Below are positions 1 through 11,902 of a stretch of DNA of 64,000 nucleotides, one piece after another. The DNA comes from Trypanosoma brucei (taxonomy: Eukaryota): assembly GCA_000002445.1 (NCBI GenBank), contig CH464491.1:3840001-3904000 (forward strand), written 5' to 3'. The notes under the pieces were generated by a model. That model was given only the letters and a program-made list of their open reading frames with translations, did not search any database and was not told where the DNA came from. The position numbers and the translations under genes were made by a program. Every line of letters begins with the position of its first letter. The stretch's first letter is position 1.

Positions 1-3000
1 CTTTTTCTTTGGAGGGATTGTAGAGGTCCAAAAATCCATCGAGGCGCCGTGAGACGCGACCAATCAATTGCTTTGGATCAAAAGACCTCTGCCGCTTCGA
101 CTGTTCGCGCATCCATTCCACTAATGGATCATGAAGTAAAGTTTCCACAACACTCATAACTGCAGTTTTGTTCTTCATTTGACAGCGCAACGCAGCCTGA
201 CAACAGGCACGGAAGGGACCATCGACACCCAAAACCCCCATTCCATCAACAACGTTTTGTGTGAGACGAAACCGCACTCGTTCCGGAACCTCCAGCGTTT
301 CTCCCTTGTCGAACATACACGCAAAATCAACATGCATTAATTCCCCAGTGCGAACGTCAATCATAAGGTTTTCACCGTGTCTATCCCCCAACCCAACGAT
401 GTGTCCCGCAATGCTCCACAGCGCAGTTGCTTGTGTGTAAATTGTACGTGCGTGATACCAGTCTTGGTGACTGCGAAAGTTACTGTAGAACCAAATATGA
501 AACACCGGTGGGGCCCTGGGGAAAATAAACCTTTCAAACATGTCCAACTTCTTCATAATCCCACTGTCAACCTTTGCTTTCCATGCCCTGACGTTGGAGA
601 TACAAACGCCCGTACCATCGATCGCATAGCACTCCTCCACTCCTTTACGAAAAGGGACGAGATTGTTCACCCACTCAATTATGGCACAGTCGTCGTTGAG
701 AGCTGAAACAGCGTATCGGCGTAATGCAAAACGCTTGCGCCTCGCCTCCGGGTCTGAGAGAAAAAATGTATTCATCAGTGTTGCAATCTCCATCATTCGC
801 ATATCTTTCCGCGGTTCGTCCCTCGATTTACACAGAAAGGATACAGGTTCCCCCTCGCTACTGACGACCGTAATGCGCTTCGGTTTTTGCAGAGAACTCA
901 TGATGTTAACCTTTGGTATGAATTCTTGGAAGGTTGCAGAACCCGCAAAGACGCCGCTCTTACTTGGTATGTGAAGCACGTTTGGTGAGAGATTTGCTGT
1001 AGTAGGTAGCAATACCTTCGTTGTGGTAAATATCTTTTCCATTCGCTGAATAAATGGTCTCCCTGCTAGTGATGGCTCACTTGAACGGTTACCATTGGTG
1101 AGTTCCCCCACGGAACAATTGCACAAATCAATCAGCGACTTGAAGACAATAATCATGTTGTCCACAAGTTTCTTTTCATTGGCGGATAATCTTGAATAGG
1201 GTTCTAAAATACCGCGCCGCGCCACCTCGCCACGGCTTGCTTGTTTACTACGGTCAATAGGTAAAACCTGCCACAGACACTGTTGCGGGAATGTTTTCAT
1301 CAAGTTAACGACGGTTTTTGTTATAATGTTCACTACATGTTTGCTTTCATGCCCAATGCGGGAGAGTAGCTGGGGAAGCGCCGTAATAAGGAGTTGTGGA
1401 GAGAGTTTGGTCTCTTCCACAAGAAGAAAGCGCTCAATCATATCGGCCATTTTCTGCAAGGAGGGCGCTACAATATTCGAATCAGGATAGGCTTCGGCAG
1501 CACTACTTGCAAGGGAGGAAGAGCAATTCAGCCACAAGTTGAGCATACGGGGCAGCGAAATTAACACGGTTTTGCATCCCAACTGCAGGGCCATTCCGAA
1601 ATGCTTGATAGCTAGTAGTACGTAAGTTTCCACTGCTTCTACTTCCTTCCTCTCAAAAGTTTCCCTCGTGCTTTTGGCGGCGTCGCTGCTTGATTGAAGA
1701 AGAGAACTGTGCACGGAGTGGTAAACCGTTTCATAGAATAGTGCAAGGTGATGATGCGCCTTTTCCGATGGATGCATGACCAGGGCGAGCTCATAGGAGT
1801 CGACAACCTCCTGAGGTGTTTGATAACTTATGTCTTGTTTCCACCGAGTTAGAAGAACGCGCAGCTTGGCACGAATTTCTGGTGGGATACTTTCGTCACT
1901 GGCTGCATCCTCCGCAAACTCAATGGCTTGTTTCGACATATTCATTTCATAGAGAAGCTTCGCTGGCGTTGTCCAGTACGATGGAGAAGTGAATTTGTTG
2001 TTTAAACTTGCTTGCTTCACAGCACTAAGGGCGGGTTCAAGAAATCCCTCGTTGCGAAGTAGTTTCACATGACTCATCCACGTTTTGCTCACTTCTTCTT
2101 CCATGCTGAACGCGCGGAAGATGGAACGGTGCAGCGATAGTAGAAGCTCTTGTGTGTCCAAGGTCGTCTCAGTTAAGGATGCCCGACGCTGCAACGTTGG
2201 CCCCAGTTCCTGCATCTTCTTTGTATCCCGCAAACCTGTTGCCCGAAATGATACCACGGGATCACTTGGATCAGGTGAAACTTGTGCCATGCTGGTAGCG
2301 ACGGCCACGGCGGCAGATTCGATGTCAGTCAAGGCGTGAAGGAAAACTACATGCGGATACACTTGTGCATAGCTCTCGCGGCACGCCGCACGTATTATGG
2401 GGGCGATTTTCATCCGCTGAAATAGGCAAGCTGCGAAAACATCGTGTAGCGTCCCTCGCCTCTTGAGCATTTTGTTCAGCGCCACCATTGGCAAAGCCAA
2501 ACTCACAGGGAGGTCTTGGCGGGCCTGGACGCTGTCCCACTCCCCTAAGCGCCATGCGGCTTCATTAGCGTAGTTTTGCAGAGCAGCCAACTGTGTCTGG
2601 CGACACCACGTGGCGCTTTGGAGAGTGCTCGGACGCGGCGAATCCTTCAGGAGTGCCTGACTGTACCTGGACATGAGGTGCAGCTGTCCCAGCTGCTGCA
2701 TGCATCGCAAGGCTGTGAACTGGTGGTTTATGCTCTGTGGTCGTTGCTGAAGGACCAATTCACATGCCTGAAGGGCCTGTACCCACTCTCCATTGTTCTC
2801 GTGGGAAAAAGCAGCGTCTTCGGGATTGTGATCTTGCATCCTGTGGAGGCTTCTGGAGGAGTCCCTGTCGTTGAGAGCCGCAAATATGCGTTGCAACGAA
2901 ATACCCTTCCCAACCACGTCCTGTACCTTTGGGAGATATCGTTGACCCTCCAAGCAGCGTAACGCACGCATGCTGCTACCAATACCTATTGCTGCTTCCA

Positions 3001-6000
3001 CTTTCGATGTCCACGGGACGCGTTCGAAAAAATCCCGAATCACTTTGACAACCAAGTCGGCCTTTTCATTATCGATTCCTCCCTCATGTCCTGTCCTGCT
3101 CTTCCGTGGAGTGCGACGCAGTTCAAACAACAGGTGCTCAACACCCTCTAATACGTTGAATATTTGTTGAACGTGCTCTTCTAAAGAGGTTACGTTAGCC
3201 ATGTGTGTATTCACTTCCATCATGAGATTCTGCGAGTGCAGCGACGCTGCCTTGCAACTTTCCTGCACACCAGTTCTTGACGCCGCTTCAAGCAACAAAT
3301 TTACCTCGGTAACTATGGCGTCTGTATCTTCTTCATCCCCTTTGCTAATTATGTGAATAATCATGTGAGGTAACAAGTAACTTATAAGGGTCTGTTCACC
3401 CTTTGCCATGTTTCGTAGTGCCTTCATCATTTGTCCGAAAACTCCCCTACATCGCAGCACTAGATCGCAAAACCACACGTTGAGCCACGTGTTAATCTCC
3501 ATGCCAGACACATATACGGGGCTTCGGAGTTCCGTTCGCTGCAGTACACAAGCAGTGTACTTAGTCGTGGTATATCCTTCAATCATCTGCCGACAGGAGG
3601 GCTCCAGTTCCATCCACCATGAATAGCGTTGCAACTCCTCTATATGCAGTGCCTCATCATTCTGCAACGTAGGGTAACATTTGGACTCTCGCTCAGCGTT
3701 AGCGAATACGCGCAGCAACTCTTGCACCGCAAACGCGGCACGATCGTGCATTGTTGGGTCGGCAGTGTTAGCAAGAGCGCGCGGGCAATGAACGCTCAGC
3801 AACTCCACGGCGAATTCCCTCCAATGAAGAACTTCAGTCGGATGCGATAGTAATAACTTTCGTGTGGAGGATGACACGCGACCACTTAAGTGAAGAGACA
3901 CCGGCGACAAATTGTTCGAGCCTGTGTGCTGACAGCCGTGACGTAGCATCGATCCGTTTGAGTGTCCAACCGCACCAATCATGCCCACGCAAGCGAGGAC
4001 GTACTGAACATACTCATCGTGCAGCTCGAAGACGCAGTTCAACAAGGTTGGTATAAGTTGAGGATGCTGTCTTGCCGCACAAGTGAGTTCCATCCGACCC
4101 GCAACGTCTGTCGTTGAAAGATACTGGTAAAGGGCACGGACAAATACCTTTTTGCACTTTGTTGAACTACTCTGTACGACTGAAAACAAACCAGTTACAA
4201 TAACGTCTACACTTCCTTTTGCACTTAAGGGAGCGTTTCCCGATTCGTACGTTTGGCATTTGGCGGATGATCCATTGCTTCTTAGCCGACGAATAAGAAT
4301 ATTTGAGCGGCTCATAATTTTAAAGTACAACTCCCAAAAGGGTTCAGACTTTGAACGCTCATACACCACTCGCATCGCCTCATCCAAATGAAGAAGGGCC
4401 TCAATATCGCCTGGCTCCGTTAACGCCTCCATACTTAGTAAGTCAACGACAATAGAGGGTGAGTGTTCACTAAGGTACCTAGGTGTGCATCGACTGAGCA
4501 ACTCACGCCACACGGAACAGACAACACGCACCAACTGGGGTCGGAAGCTGCAGAAGTCTAGTATCGCCGGCAGCTTCGACGCTATCACTGTTGTGTGACT
4601 GCCAAGGCACCGGATAAGGGAGATCAGGCCATACAGCCAACGTTGCACTGTGTGGACCGACACATCGACAGTTTCTGCGGTTACGCGGTTGTTTATGCCA
4701 ACGCACTGTGATACTGTGTCAAGTACGGAGAATACATGCTTGGTTAGTGACCCTCCGTCCACTGTGTCATTGGTAACTTGCATTTCCAACACCAGCTTTA
4801 TGTCAGTAACAGAGGGTCCACATTCTCCAATACACAGAGCCATTTCGACAGCAAGGTCAAACTCTGACAGCCCCCCAACATCATCTTCACGCTTCTCTGC
4901 TTCAATATTGTTTCCTACCGCTACTCGTTTTTGTTCGGTGAGGCTGCCCCTATCCCTTGACAAAACTTCCCGGCCGCCATGAAGGTACATCAGACTTGCT
5001 ATTATAGACCCTAGTGAGCGGTTAACCATGTCGGGTAGATCACTTAACCGCTTTGACAAAAACTGGAGGACCTTCTTGACGTTGTCCAGTCTCTCCGAAG
5101 CACCATTCGCCGCATCACAAAGTAAAATATATGCCATTATCATGGGGAACTTAGACATGAGCGAAAGTGGCTCTCCCAATAGTTCATTGATGCGCAGCAA
5201 CTGCTCTGCACCATCGTCGGCAAGTAAAGAACGCGGAAGAATGTCGTCAAGGCCCCGCATGACAACTTCCCGGACGTTTTTACCCAGAAGGTAACACATA
5301 GCCCTGAAGAAAACGGTGTGAATGATATCGGGATCACATGAAAACAGATAGTCCATAGACCACGAAAAGCGAGACATCACGCCATGAGCCACTTCGAGAG
5401 CCGTCGCCTTTGTAGCATACATGTCCCCATCAAGTTCACAAATGGCTCTGCACACGTTGATAACATCACGGCACACTTTAGTATTGCAGTGATCTCGAAG
5501 TGATGAAATGGTGGTTAAGGAAAGGGAGGACGGTGAGAAATCACGTAGCGTGCCGCTGCGCGGCCCCTGCTGAACAAAACCTTCCCACTCCTCCGTGAAA
5601 GCCGCCCGAAGCGTTTCCAGTTGCCTTAACAGTAGTGAAGGCCCAGTACGCTCATCTGCATTTGAATGTTTAGAGATGGTATCCTTTAAAACAGCGGCCA
5701 CATCAACATTGCCGCTGCGCTCAAGAAGAACACGTAAAGATAACGCCGCGTAGCCAAGACGTATTACCTCGTTCCTGTGGCCGAATGCATGTGCCAGCAC
5801 AAAGTCTGTCGAGGAAGACTTACGTGCACTCAAAAGAACGTTACATAAACACATCAAAGATATGAATGCATCCTGAACGGCTCCGTTATTTGTTGCGCAT
5901 TTATCGGGTACGAGTTGCTGAACCGCGCAAGCTAGATCGTACACTACCGTATCTGTTCTGCCTGTAAGTTCCATTACTGCGGCAACCGGCTGCTTTAACA

Positions 6001-7171
6001 CGAATGGATTTACCTCGTGCTCATTAAGCAACTCACTGCACTGTGCTTTTGGTTTTTCTCCATCATACGGTTTTACTTCAACGACATCGTCATTGGTAGA
6101 AGACGAGGAAACCACTTCCACGCCCGTCGTTGCTGTTTCATCCGATGAAGGCTCAACCTCACAATAATCCGCCTGAGTTGCCCGCATCCTCTCAAAAATA
6201 GCAAAAAGTTCGGTCGTGATACCTAACAACTGATTGAGAAAATGCAGCAACGCGTCATTACCGTACGTGGCACCAGACTTGGCCAAACTTACCGCAAAAG
6301 ACGTAGACCAACCCAGTGCATCAAGCAACTTTTGTGATGCAATGACAGTAGCACTGACTCTGGCGGTATCAAGTGGCCCATCTAACGGGGAAGGAGTAAC
6401 GTCGTTTCCGCTCTGCTGGTAGTTGCGAGTCACATGTTCTCGCCACCCACGAAGTACGCCACTGATTCGCCACATCGCAACGTCTTGCTCACCAGCACGC
6501 ACATTGATCACCTCTACGATGAGGCGAGCGATATTGTTGGTGTAGCTAAAGTCCGTTATGGGAAGTCTACGCACAAGTTCAGCGTACAGTAGTGAATACC
6601 GAAGCGGTGAATCACCGATACGAACTGTAACTTTCCCGGAGGTGAGATCCCGCAGCGAATCCAACACTACCGACTGCATTGTTTCTTTTTCACACCCGAA
6701 ACGGAGAATTATTATAGCAGCGTCCAATATACTACTGTCATACTCTGTTACCAGCTGTTTCCACACACAACGGAAAGTTGCTGCCTCTTCGCACAGTATT
6801 GCAGAAGCATTTGCTTTAGCTAAGAGGTAATCGTTGTTCCCCATAACCGCGCGACGGCGTTGTAATATTTTACGCAGCAATGACGATACAGCATCACGTG
6901 GGAAGAAACACAAAAGTTGGTGTACCACACTTGCCTCCACTGACATATCGTGGAAATAGATGGATTCGGGCGTCACCCGCCTGGTGACCAACGCATCCAA
7001 CACATTTTCCCCAATCCTGTAGAAGGTTTCCTCAAAACGCGGCAACAAATCTTGTTTGCATGAGAGAGCCCTTTTGAGCAACGCCAACAGCAACAAAGCT
7101 GCCTCGCGCTTTTCCGCGTCCACCTGTCCAGTTGAACAGCAAGTAATCGCAGAAACTGTGTCATCGCACAT
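1..7171 (-). CDS. ATR: ATR-like phosphatidylinositol 3-kinase-related kinase (PIKK), 3'-truncated by window edge; N-terminal HEAT/FAT region and C-terminal kinase domain
   Basis: My own minus-strand translation gives an uninterrupted frame of about 2390 codons, from the ATG at 7171 (revcomp of cat 7169-7171; in-frame stop upstream at 7340-7342) to the window start. The ORF track does not list it because it lacks a stop within the window. The C-terminal end carries the catalytic motifs GLGDRHGEN...DFACMFDKG and FRLTQNVVDGMGVLGVDGPFRACC...LLHDPLVEWM, closely resembling the human ATR kinase/FATC-proximal region. The ORF is not listed in the track because it runs off the window. Confidence 0.8.
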   Translation of the reverse strand, partial: MCDDTVSAITCCSTGQVDAEKREAALLLLALLKRALSCKQDLLPRFEETFYRIGENVLDALVTRRVTPESIYFHDMSVEASVVHQLLCFFPRDAVSSLLRKILQRRRAVMGNNDYLLAKANASAILCEEAATFRCVWKQLVTEYDSSILDAAIIILRFGCEKETMQSVVLDSLRDLTSGKVTVRIGDSPLRYSLLYAELVRRLPITDFSYTNNIARLIVEVINVRAGEQDVAMWRISGVLRGWREHVTRNYQQSGNDVTPSPLDGPLDTARVSATVIASQKLLDALGWSTSFAVSLAKSGATYGNDALLHFLNQLLGITTELFAIFERMRATQADYCEVEPSSDETATTGVEVVSSSSTNDDVVEVKPYDGEKPKAQCSELLNEHEVNPFVLKQPVAAVMELTGRTDTVVYDLACAVQQLVPDKCATNNGAVQDAFISLMCLCNVLLSARKSSSTDFVLAHAFGHRNEVIRLGYAALSLRVLLERSGNVDVAAVLKDTISKHSNADERTGPSLLLRQLETLRAAFTEEWEGFVQQGPRSGTLRDFSPSSLSLTTISSLRDHCNTKVCRDVINVCRAICELDGDMYATKATALEVAHGVMSRFSWSMDYLFSCDPDIIHTVFFRAMCYLLGKNVREVVMRGLDDILPRSLLADDGAEQLLRINELLGEPLSLMSKFPMIMAYILLCDAANGASERLDNVKKVLQFLSKRLSDLPDMVNRSLGSIIASLMYLHGGREVLSRDRGSLTEQKRVAVGNNIEAEKREDDVGGLSEFDLAVEMALCIGECGPSVTDIKLVLEMQVTNDTVDGGSLTKHVFSVLDTVSQCVGINNRVTAETVDVSVHTVQRWLYGLISLIRCLGSHTTVIASKLPAILDFCSFRPQLVRVVCSVWRELLSRCTPRYLSEHSPSIVVDLLSMEALTEPGDIEALLHLDEAMRVVYERSKSEPFWELYFKIMSRSNILIRRLRSNGSSAKCQTYESGNAPLSAKGSVDVIVTGLFSVVQSSSTKCKKVFVRALYQYLSTTDVAGRMELTCAARQHPQLIPTLLNCVFELHDEYVQYVLACVGMIGAVGHSNGSMLRHGCQHTGSNNLSPVSLHLSGRVSSSTRKLLLSHPTEVLHWREFAVELLSVHCPRALANTADPTMHDRAAFAVQELLRVFANAERESKCYPTLQNDEALHIEELQRYSWWMELEPSCRQMIEGYTTTKYTACVLQRTELRSPVYVSGMEINTWLNVWFCDLVLRCRGVFGQMMKALRNMAKGEQTLISYLLPHMIIHIISKGDEEDTDAIVTEVNLLLEAASRTGVQESCKAASLHSQNLMMEVNTHMANVTSLEEHVQQIFNVLEGVEHLLFELRRTPRKSRTGHEGGIDNEKADLVVKVIRDFFERVPWTSKVEAAIGIGSSMRALRCLEGQRYLPKVQDVVGKGISLQRIFAALNDRDSSRSLHRMQDHNPEDAAFSHENNGEWVQALQACELVLQQRPQSINHQFTALRCMQQLGQLHLMSRYSQALLKDSPRPSTLQSATWCRQTQLAALQNYANEAAWRLGEWDSVQARQDLPVSLALPMVALNKMLKRRGTLHDVFAACLFQRMKIAPIIRAACRESYAQVYPHVVFLHALTDIESAAVAVATSMAQVSPDPSDPVVSFRATGLRDTKKMQELGPTLQRRASLTETTLDTQELLLSLHRSIFRAFSMEEEVSKTWMSHVKLLRNEGFLEPALSAVKQASLNNKFTSPSYWTTPAKLLYEMNMSKQAIEFAEDAASDESIPPEIRAKLRVLLTRWKQDISYQTPQEVVDSYELALVMHPSEKAHHHLALFYETVYHSVHSSLLQSSSDAAKSTRETFERKEVEAVETYVLLAIKHFGMALQLGCKTVLISLPRMLNLWLNCSSSLASSAAEAYPDSNIVAPSLQKMADMIERFLLVEETKLSPQLLITALPQLLSRIGHESKHVVNIITKTVVNLMKTFPQQCLWQVLPIDRSKQASRGEVARRGILEPYSRLSANEKKLVDNMIIVFKSLIDLCNCSVGELTNGNRSSEPSLAGRPFIQRMEKIFTTTKVLLPTTANLSPNVLHIPSKSGVFAGSATFQEFIPKVNIMSSLQKPKRITVVSSEGEPVSFLCKSRDEPRKDMRMMEIATLMNTFFLSDPEARRKRFALRRYAVSALNDDCAIIEWVNNLVPFRKGVEECYAIDGTGVCISNVRAWKAKVDSGIMKKLDMFERFIFPRAPPVFHIWFYSNFRSHQDWYHARTIYTQATALWSIAGHIVGLGDRHGENLMIDVRTGELMHVDFACMFDKGETLEVPERVRFRLTQNVVDGMGVLGVDGPFRACCQAALRCQMKNKTAVMSVVETLLHDPLVEWMREQSKRQRSFDPKQLIGRVSRRLDGFLDLYNPSKEK

Positions 7172-8860
7172 GTTTGTATTGAATAATGAATTTGTCAACC
7201 ACTCACTTTGACAAAAGGGGGACTCCCTCTGACCAACTTTCCTTGTTTGTCCAGTGTTTTGCTGAGTAAAACTCTTCCCTACGTGGGGAGGAAACAATTC
7301 TTGTCGAACTTCGCACTGCCTCTCCCTCTTCTGATCAACTAACCAACGGAGTAGAGCTAGTTCTTTACTCCACCCCTTCTTCACGTGCGCACGTGACATC
7401 TCGTACACATGTTGCACAAGTGTGTAAAGGATCATCGGCGCATGAAGTTCCTTCACGAGTAAGTCACTCATCAACATCGCGTGAAGTAGTGATGCAGCGG
7501 TGGTGTGAAGCGCGAAGGCCAGGTTTACTCCCTCTTCACCGTTGCGGCGTTCTCCATTACCGACCGTCTCCTTCCACGATTCATACATTGAAGTGGACAA
7601 GCCAGCAGCCACATTGACGGAAAGAAGACTGCAGGCCAAACGAAGGATACTTTTGCGTTCCCTCCACGTCGGCAAAAGAGGAAAGTTTCCTGTTAGCAAC
7701 ATATTTATTACCGTGCAAAAACATTGAGCAACACTAACCACTTCGTAGAGGCTTTCCGCGACAATTGTAGTCCTGAAGAGCTGTCTCGTGTCTCCCCTAA
7801 ATCCCAAAACTTCAGGCAGCCTAAGAACCTGTATCGTACACCGTCCATACCCGCTTCGTCGGCCAGGAACAGTTGTGAATACGAACGCTCCGATGACCTC
7901 CTCCTGGACGATGACTTTAAACAGCTGCAGTAGAAGCGGCTGATAACAATTGTACAAAACGTCAAAAGCGTGGTGAAGTACCTTAAACAAAATATCGCCT
8001 ATGGCGCATGTCTTTGAAGGTATACCCAAGATGGGAAACAGTGAAAAGAGTGTCAAAATGCAGTGAATGAGGATAGCCGGGGCAGCTACGACTATGCGGG
8101 TTACTGTGGCATACATGCGAAGAGTGAGCACCGAATACCTTGCCACACGCTGCGGGTTCCCCAGCATCAATTCGCGCACCTCCCCGGGGAGCTGTGCTAC
8201 ATTTGGTGAAGCAAACCCAACAACATAGGGCCTCAAGTCAAGAACAAGGTTCCACATCTTCCCTTGCAGGGCTTCGCTTGGTTTGTCTGCACCAGCTGCA
8301 ACCTCATCCCTGAGCGCTGCCGCACGTTGCCCAAACTCCTTTAGGCGAAGCCTAAAGGTAGACGAGTCCTCTGTAGAGTCACGAGGCCGCTTCGACGCGG
8401 TGGAAAATCGATTATGTTCGGTCACGTTACCCGGCGATGTGACAATGGTAACAACGTTTTCCGCATCTATCTCCATCCACTTGCAGCTGAAAATCGAATG
8501 CAAAACAGCCTATAACGCTTTGGGCAACTTCCTTACAGTTATTTACCCTCCTGTTCATGGTAGAAAGATTGACGTTAAAGGTAATTAAAATGACGAGAGT
8601 AATAAGTGATAAGGACAGACATAATATCCACTTGTACCACGATGCGAAAATCAGGGTGGGTAGCAAAACTGATTAATATTTGCCAAAACTGCGGTGTCCT
8701 CTCCCCTTCCTCATATGCAACTTCCCGTGACCATTAGTATTTGTATGCTCTAACGCGCAACCGCAATCACGGTGCTGCACATTCTTCGCACTGTAGACAT
8801 GCAACCGAAAGGGATACGGAAGAATGTATAGCGCAGAGGCTGTGCATACGCAAAAAGGGT

Positions 8861-9673
8861 TCAGGTAAGCAGCACCATCAGTTTATTCAATATTTCCCTG
8901 TTTTCTTCCTCTAGTGCTTGGAGTTTCTGAACAGATTCCAATTGCCGCTTGATGGCTGTTTCTAGAGCTTCTTGCGGCAGTGGTGTTGGCTGTGTTTCGG
9001 CTGTGTCGTTTTGAAGCTCCTTGTACATTGCTACAATGCTCTCCCCCATATCCTTCACTGAGGTCTGTTCGTCCAAATGAAACTGCCCAAAAGCACTTAA
9101 CTTCTCGAAGAAATTAGTCGATTCCTGGGAAAGTTTAACCTTTTCTAGCGCCCTTTCCGAATCCTCCCACTTCTGCTCCGACGAAGTCGTATCCACAAGC
9201 ACCTTTTCCCTTGTTGACGCCCGTGCACCTTTCCCATCAGCAGTCTGTTGACGTGAACTTTCCGCTGATTGTGCGCCTTGGTTTTTCTTTGCCTTGTCCT
9301 GCTGAGCGTAACCGACAGCCATCGCAAGGCATTGCAAGAAAGTATTTGTCCTCTCTGGCTCGCTTCCCGAAACTATTTTCTTCACGTTTACGTCCACTTT
9401 CTTTCCTAGCAAGGAGCTTATATATTCAACTAAGGTTGTGAGGTACTCAATTTTCTTCTCCTTTGAGTCTATGCATGAAGCGTCTAGTTGATCCGGGCGA
9501 AATATATGATCGTACGCCGCGAAACGAGCGTTGATTGAAGTGACGATGTCATGAATGAACCGGAAGGGCGGGCGCTTCAACAATTTTGGCGTAAGTTCTG
9601 GATTTCCCAACTGAAGCGGAGCGAAAGCTTGCACAGTAGCCGACCAAAAGTCCACTTCTCCTTCAGTGGCCAT
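8861..9673 (-). CDS. IFT54: intraflagellar transport protein IFT54 (TRAF3IP1/MIP-T3 homologue), 270 aa
   Basis: The N-terminal segment LTPKLLKRPPFRFIHDIVTSI...IVSGSEPERTNTFLQCLA aligns with the TRAF3IP1 CH-like domain ([21 protein letters not shown]...IVAGHEPERTNELLQIIG). The C-terminus is coiled-coil. The start is the ATG at 9673 (MATEGEVDFW). The track ORF begins at 9880 and runs through the (AT)14 repeat, which I treat as a spurious extension. Confidence 0.75.
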   Translation of the reverse strand: MATEGEVDFWSATVQAFAPLQLGNPELTPKLLKRPPFRFIHDIVTSINARFAAYDHIFRPDQLDASCIDSKEKKIEYLTTLVEYISSLLGKKVDVNVKKIVSGSEPERTNTFLQCLAMAVGYAQQDKAKKNQGAQSAESSRQQTADGKGARASTREKVLVDTTSSEQKWEDSERALEKVKLSQESTNFFEKLSAFGQFHLDEQTSVKDMGESIVAMYKELQNDTAETQPTPLPQEALETAIKRQLESVQKLQALEEENREILNKLMVLLT

Positions 9674-9711
9674 CGTCACGAAATAGGCAGAGGATGAACA
9701 AGGCACAAACG

Positions 9712-9716
<5 letters not shown>

Positions 9717-9744
<28 letters not shown>
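9717..9744. repeat. (AT)14 microsatellite in the IFT54 5' flank
   Basis: Direct read. Confidence 0.95.
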
Positions 9745-9748
<4 letters not shown>

Positions 9749-10039
9749 GGATACGCGTGGATGCTTGTCCCGCTCCTCACTAGTGTATTCACTGTTGATT
9801 TTTAAGGATGAGAAGGATGAGGGCATTATAAGATAACGAGAGCAATACAAGAGAGTTAAGCAACGGAGCCGACATTTCATCTAGGTTTGTGCACACAAGA
9901 GTAGATTGTGCTTGGTGCACAAATACTGTCAATTAGAGGCGTCTGTAATACGCATTCTTCCTACATGCACATATACTTATGTACATATATTATTCGTCTG
10001 AAAACATTTGTGTGTGTGTCGTTACTCGTAAACTTATAC

Positions 10040-11683
10040 TTACTTTTCGATAGTGTCCTTTTTTTCAGTACTGCTCTTGGTATCCCCGATTTCGTTAGTA
10101 CACTCACATCCAGTAATCTTCTTGAACTCATCGATTTGTCGCGTTTCGTCGGGCATGCCAAGAACAGCATTAAGCGAGAAACTACTTTCCAGTCGTCGCT
10201 GTTGTGACCTCGGAAGGAGGCGGTTCACCGTGGGGTTATGTGATACAGGTAGGAAGAGTGAGCTTGCGCCAACTCCTAACATTTTCACCTTCAGGTTTCG
10301 TATAGCGGTATGTGTGTCATAATGGCGTACAGAGAGCCAAGAACGGAGCTCTGGATTCTCCTTCTTCAGGTAAGTCATTTCACGTAACTTATTGATGATG
10401 GCGACAATACTAAATGGTGCATCCTTTCCAAGCCAATGTTCCTGTATTGCTTCGACAGGTGTGTAGTGTGGATAAATCAATTCCTCAATGCCCATCCATC
10501 CCTTCACGGCGTGACTAACACCAACAGTATCGTGCATCCGCACCTTTGCTGTGCGCATCAGCTGGGAAGGCCGATAGAAATCTTTCATTGGTCTTTCCAG
10601 CAGACGATTTATGCATATTAGAATTATGTAGCTAAAGGCATGAGCCGAAAGAGCAATGACATAGGTTCCAGACGGATCTTCGTAGTCGAGAGCGGTGTAA
10701 TCACGATCCATAAGTGCCGGATGGAATCCCCAAGTGCTCCTATCCTCCACTGTTGCACTTTGCTCGTACTCGTCCCTTTCAGATTTACGAGCGTATTTGT
10801 TGTACTTTTCTGGTGGTCGGAAGGCGACTGTAACGTCGGAAGTGTAACGTGATAGTTTGCGAATGGAAATATCTCGTGTAACTCCCATGCCATCGTCGAA
10901 TCGGATGGTTCGATGAACGTCAGCACGACCCAGGCACGCACCAATGGCGGCAAGTAAGTCGGTTAATCCTTCCGAATGCGATACGTCGTTACGAGCCGTC
11001 CAGACCACATCCCGAGTTCCAGTTTTTTTGTCTGTGAAGTAAAAAGATATGGTGAACACCTCTTCGGGCCTGTGCTTGTCCATATCGATGATACAATCCA
11101 TGCATTCAATCTCCTCTCCAAGTTGTCGCCATGTCAAATGTTTTGGACTTTTCCTGAACTTGTGCACAAACATAAGTTTGTGTTTCCACTGCTCCTCTTC
11201 ATCATACGGCACCAGGGAACTATCTGACTGGGAAATAGCCTCCACGACTTCACTTTCCACTTCGTCAATACGCCTGAAGTCAACCGTAGCCTTCGTAGCG
11301 TCCACAACTTCCTCCACCTTCCAAAGACCGGTGGGTCGGAGGGGACCGTGGTCTGGTACAGTTGATTCGCCATCGGCTGCAACAGTAGAAACGTCTTGTG
11401 AACGACTTCCTATACTCTCGCGGTGTCTGGTAGGGAGTGTGTTGGGGACGGGTGCCTCTTTGACGCAGTTTCCCCTGCCACTGTGGAGCACTATCGGCGT
11501 GACCTGCGCCGCGCTGCGCCAAGTGCCTGAATCGGTTTCATCAGGACTCCCACAGGGGCTCACACTACCGCCTGTGTTTCCCTTCACACCAGCGTCGCCG
11601 GAATTCGTTAGCTTCCGGCATTGATGCAGAAGTGGAGAAATGCATACAGGGATGTAGCGCGTCAGAGATGGCTTGAAATACAT
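10040..11683 (-). CDS. conserved hypothetical protein (547 aa), no domain recognised
   Basis: Long ATG-initiated minus-strand ORF in register with the flanking polycistron. The N-terminal third is S/P/D-rich low complexity and the C-terminal 350 aa look globular. No family assigned. Confidence 0.55.
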   Translation of the reverse strand: MYFKPSLTRYIPVCISPLLHQCRKLTNSGDAGVKGNTGGSVSPCGSPDETDSGTWRSAAQVTPIVLHSGRGNCVKEAPVPNTLPTRHRESIGSRSQDVSTVAADGESTVPDHGPLRPTGLWKVEEVVDATKATVDFRRIDEVESEVVEAISQSDSSLVPYDEEEQWKHKLMFVHKFRKSPKHLTWRQLGEEIECMDCIIDMDKHRPEEVFTISFYFTDKKTGTRDVVWTARNDVSHSEGLTDLLAAIGACLGRADVHRTIRFDDGMGVTRDISIRKLSRYTSDVTVAFRPPEKYNKYARKSERDEYEQSATVEDRSTWGFHPALMDRDYTALDYEDPSGTYVIALSAHAFSYIILICINRLLERPMKDFYRPSQLMRTAKVRMHDTVGVSHAVKGWMGIEELIYPHYTPVEAIQEHWLGKDAPFSIVAIINKLREMTYLKKENPELRSWLSVRHYDTHTAIRNLKVKMLGVGASSLFLPVSHNPTVNRLLPRSQQRRLESSFSLNAVLGMPDETRQIDEFKKITGCECTNEIGDTKSSTEKKDTIEK

Positions 11684-11858
11684 CCATAAGCAACCCCTAA
11701 GGTATCTCGACGACCGCCTACCAGGATGTCAAATTCTTCGCGTCAGCGCTAGCAGCAAGAGTGACGCGAGTAGGTGGGAAAAAGTCGGTGTAAAAAACAA
11801 TGTATAGGAGAGGGGAAATGAATACACAACAGAAAATTCAGTGCCCAGAGCAACACAG

Positions 11859-11860
<2 letters not shown>

Positions 11861-11900
<40 letters not shown>
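11861..11900. repeat. (AT)20 microsatellite
   Basis: Direct read. Confidence 0.95.

Positions 11901-11902
<2 letters not shown>

Noticed and set aside
9674-9880. N-terminal 69-codon extension of the IFT54 track ORF
   Set aside because: It reads through the (AT)14 microsatellite (IYIYIYIYI) with no homology. IFT54 homology starts exactly at the downstream ATG at 9673.
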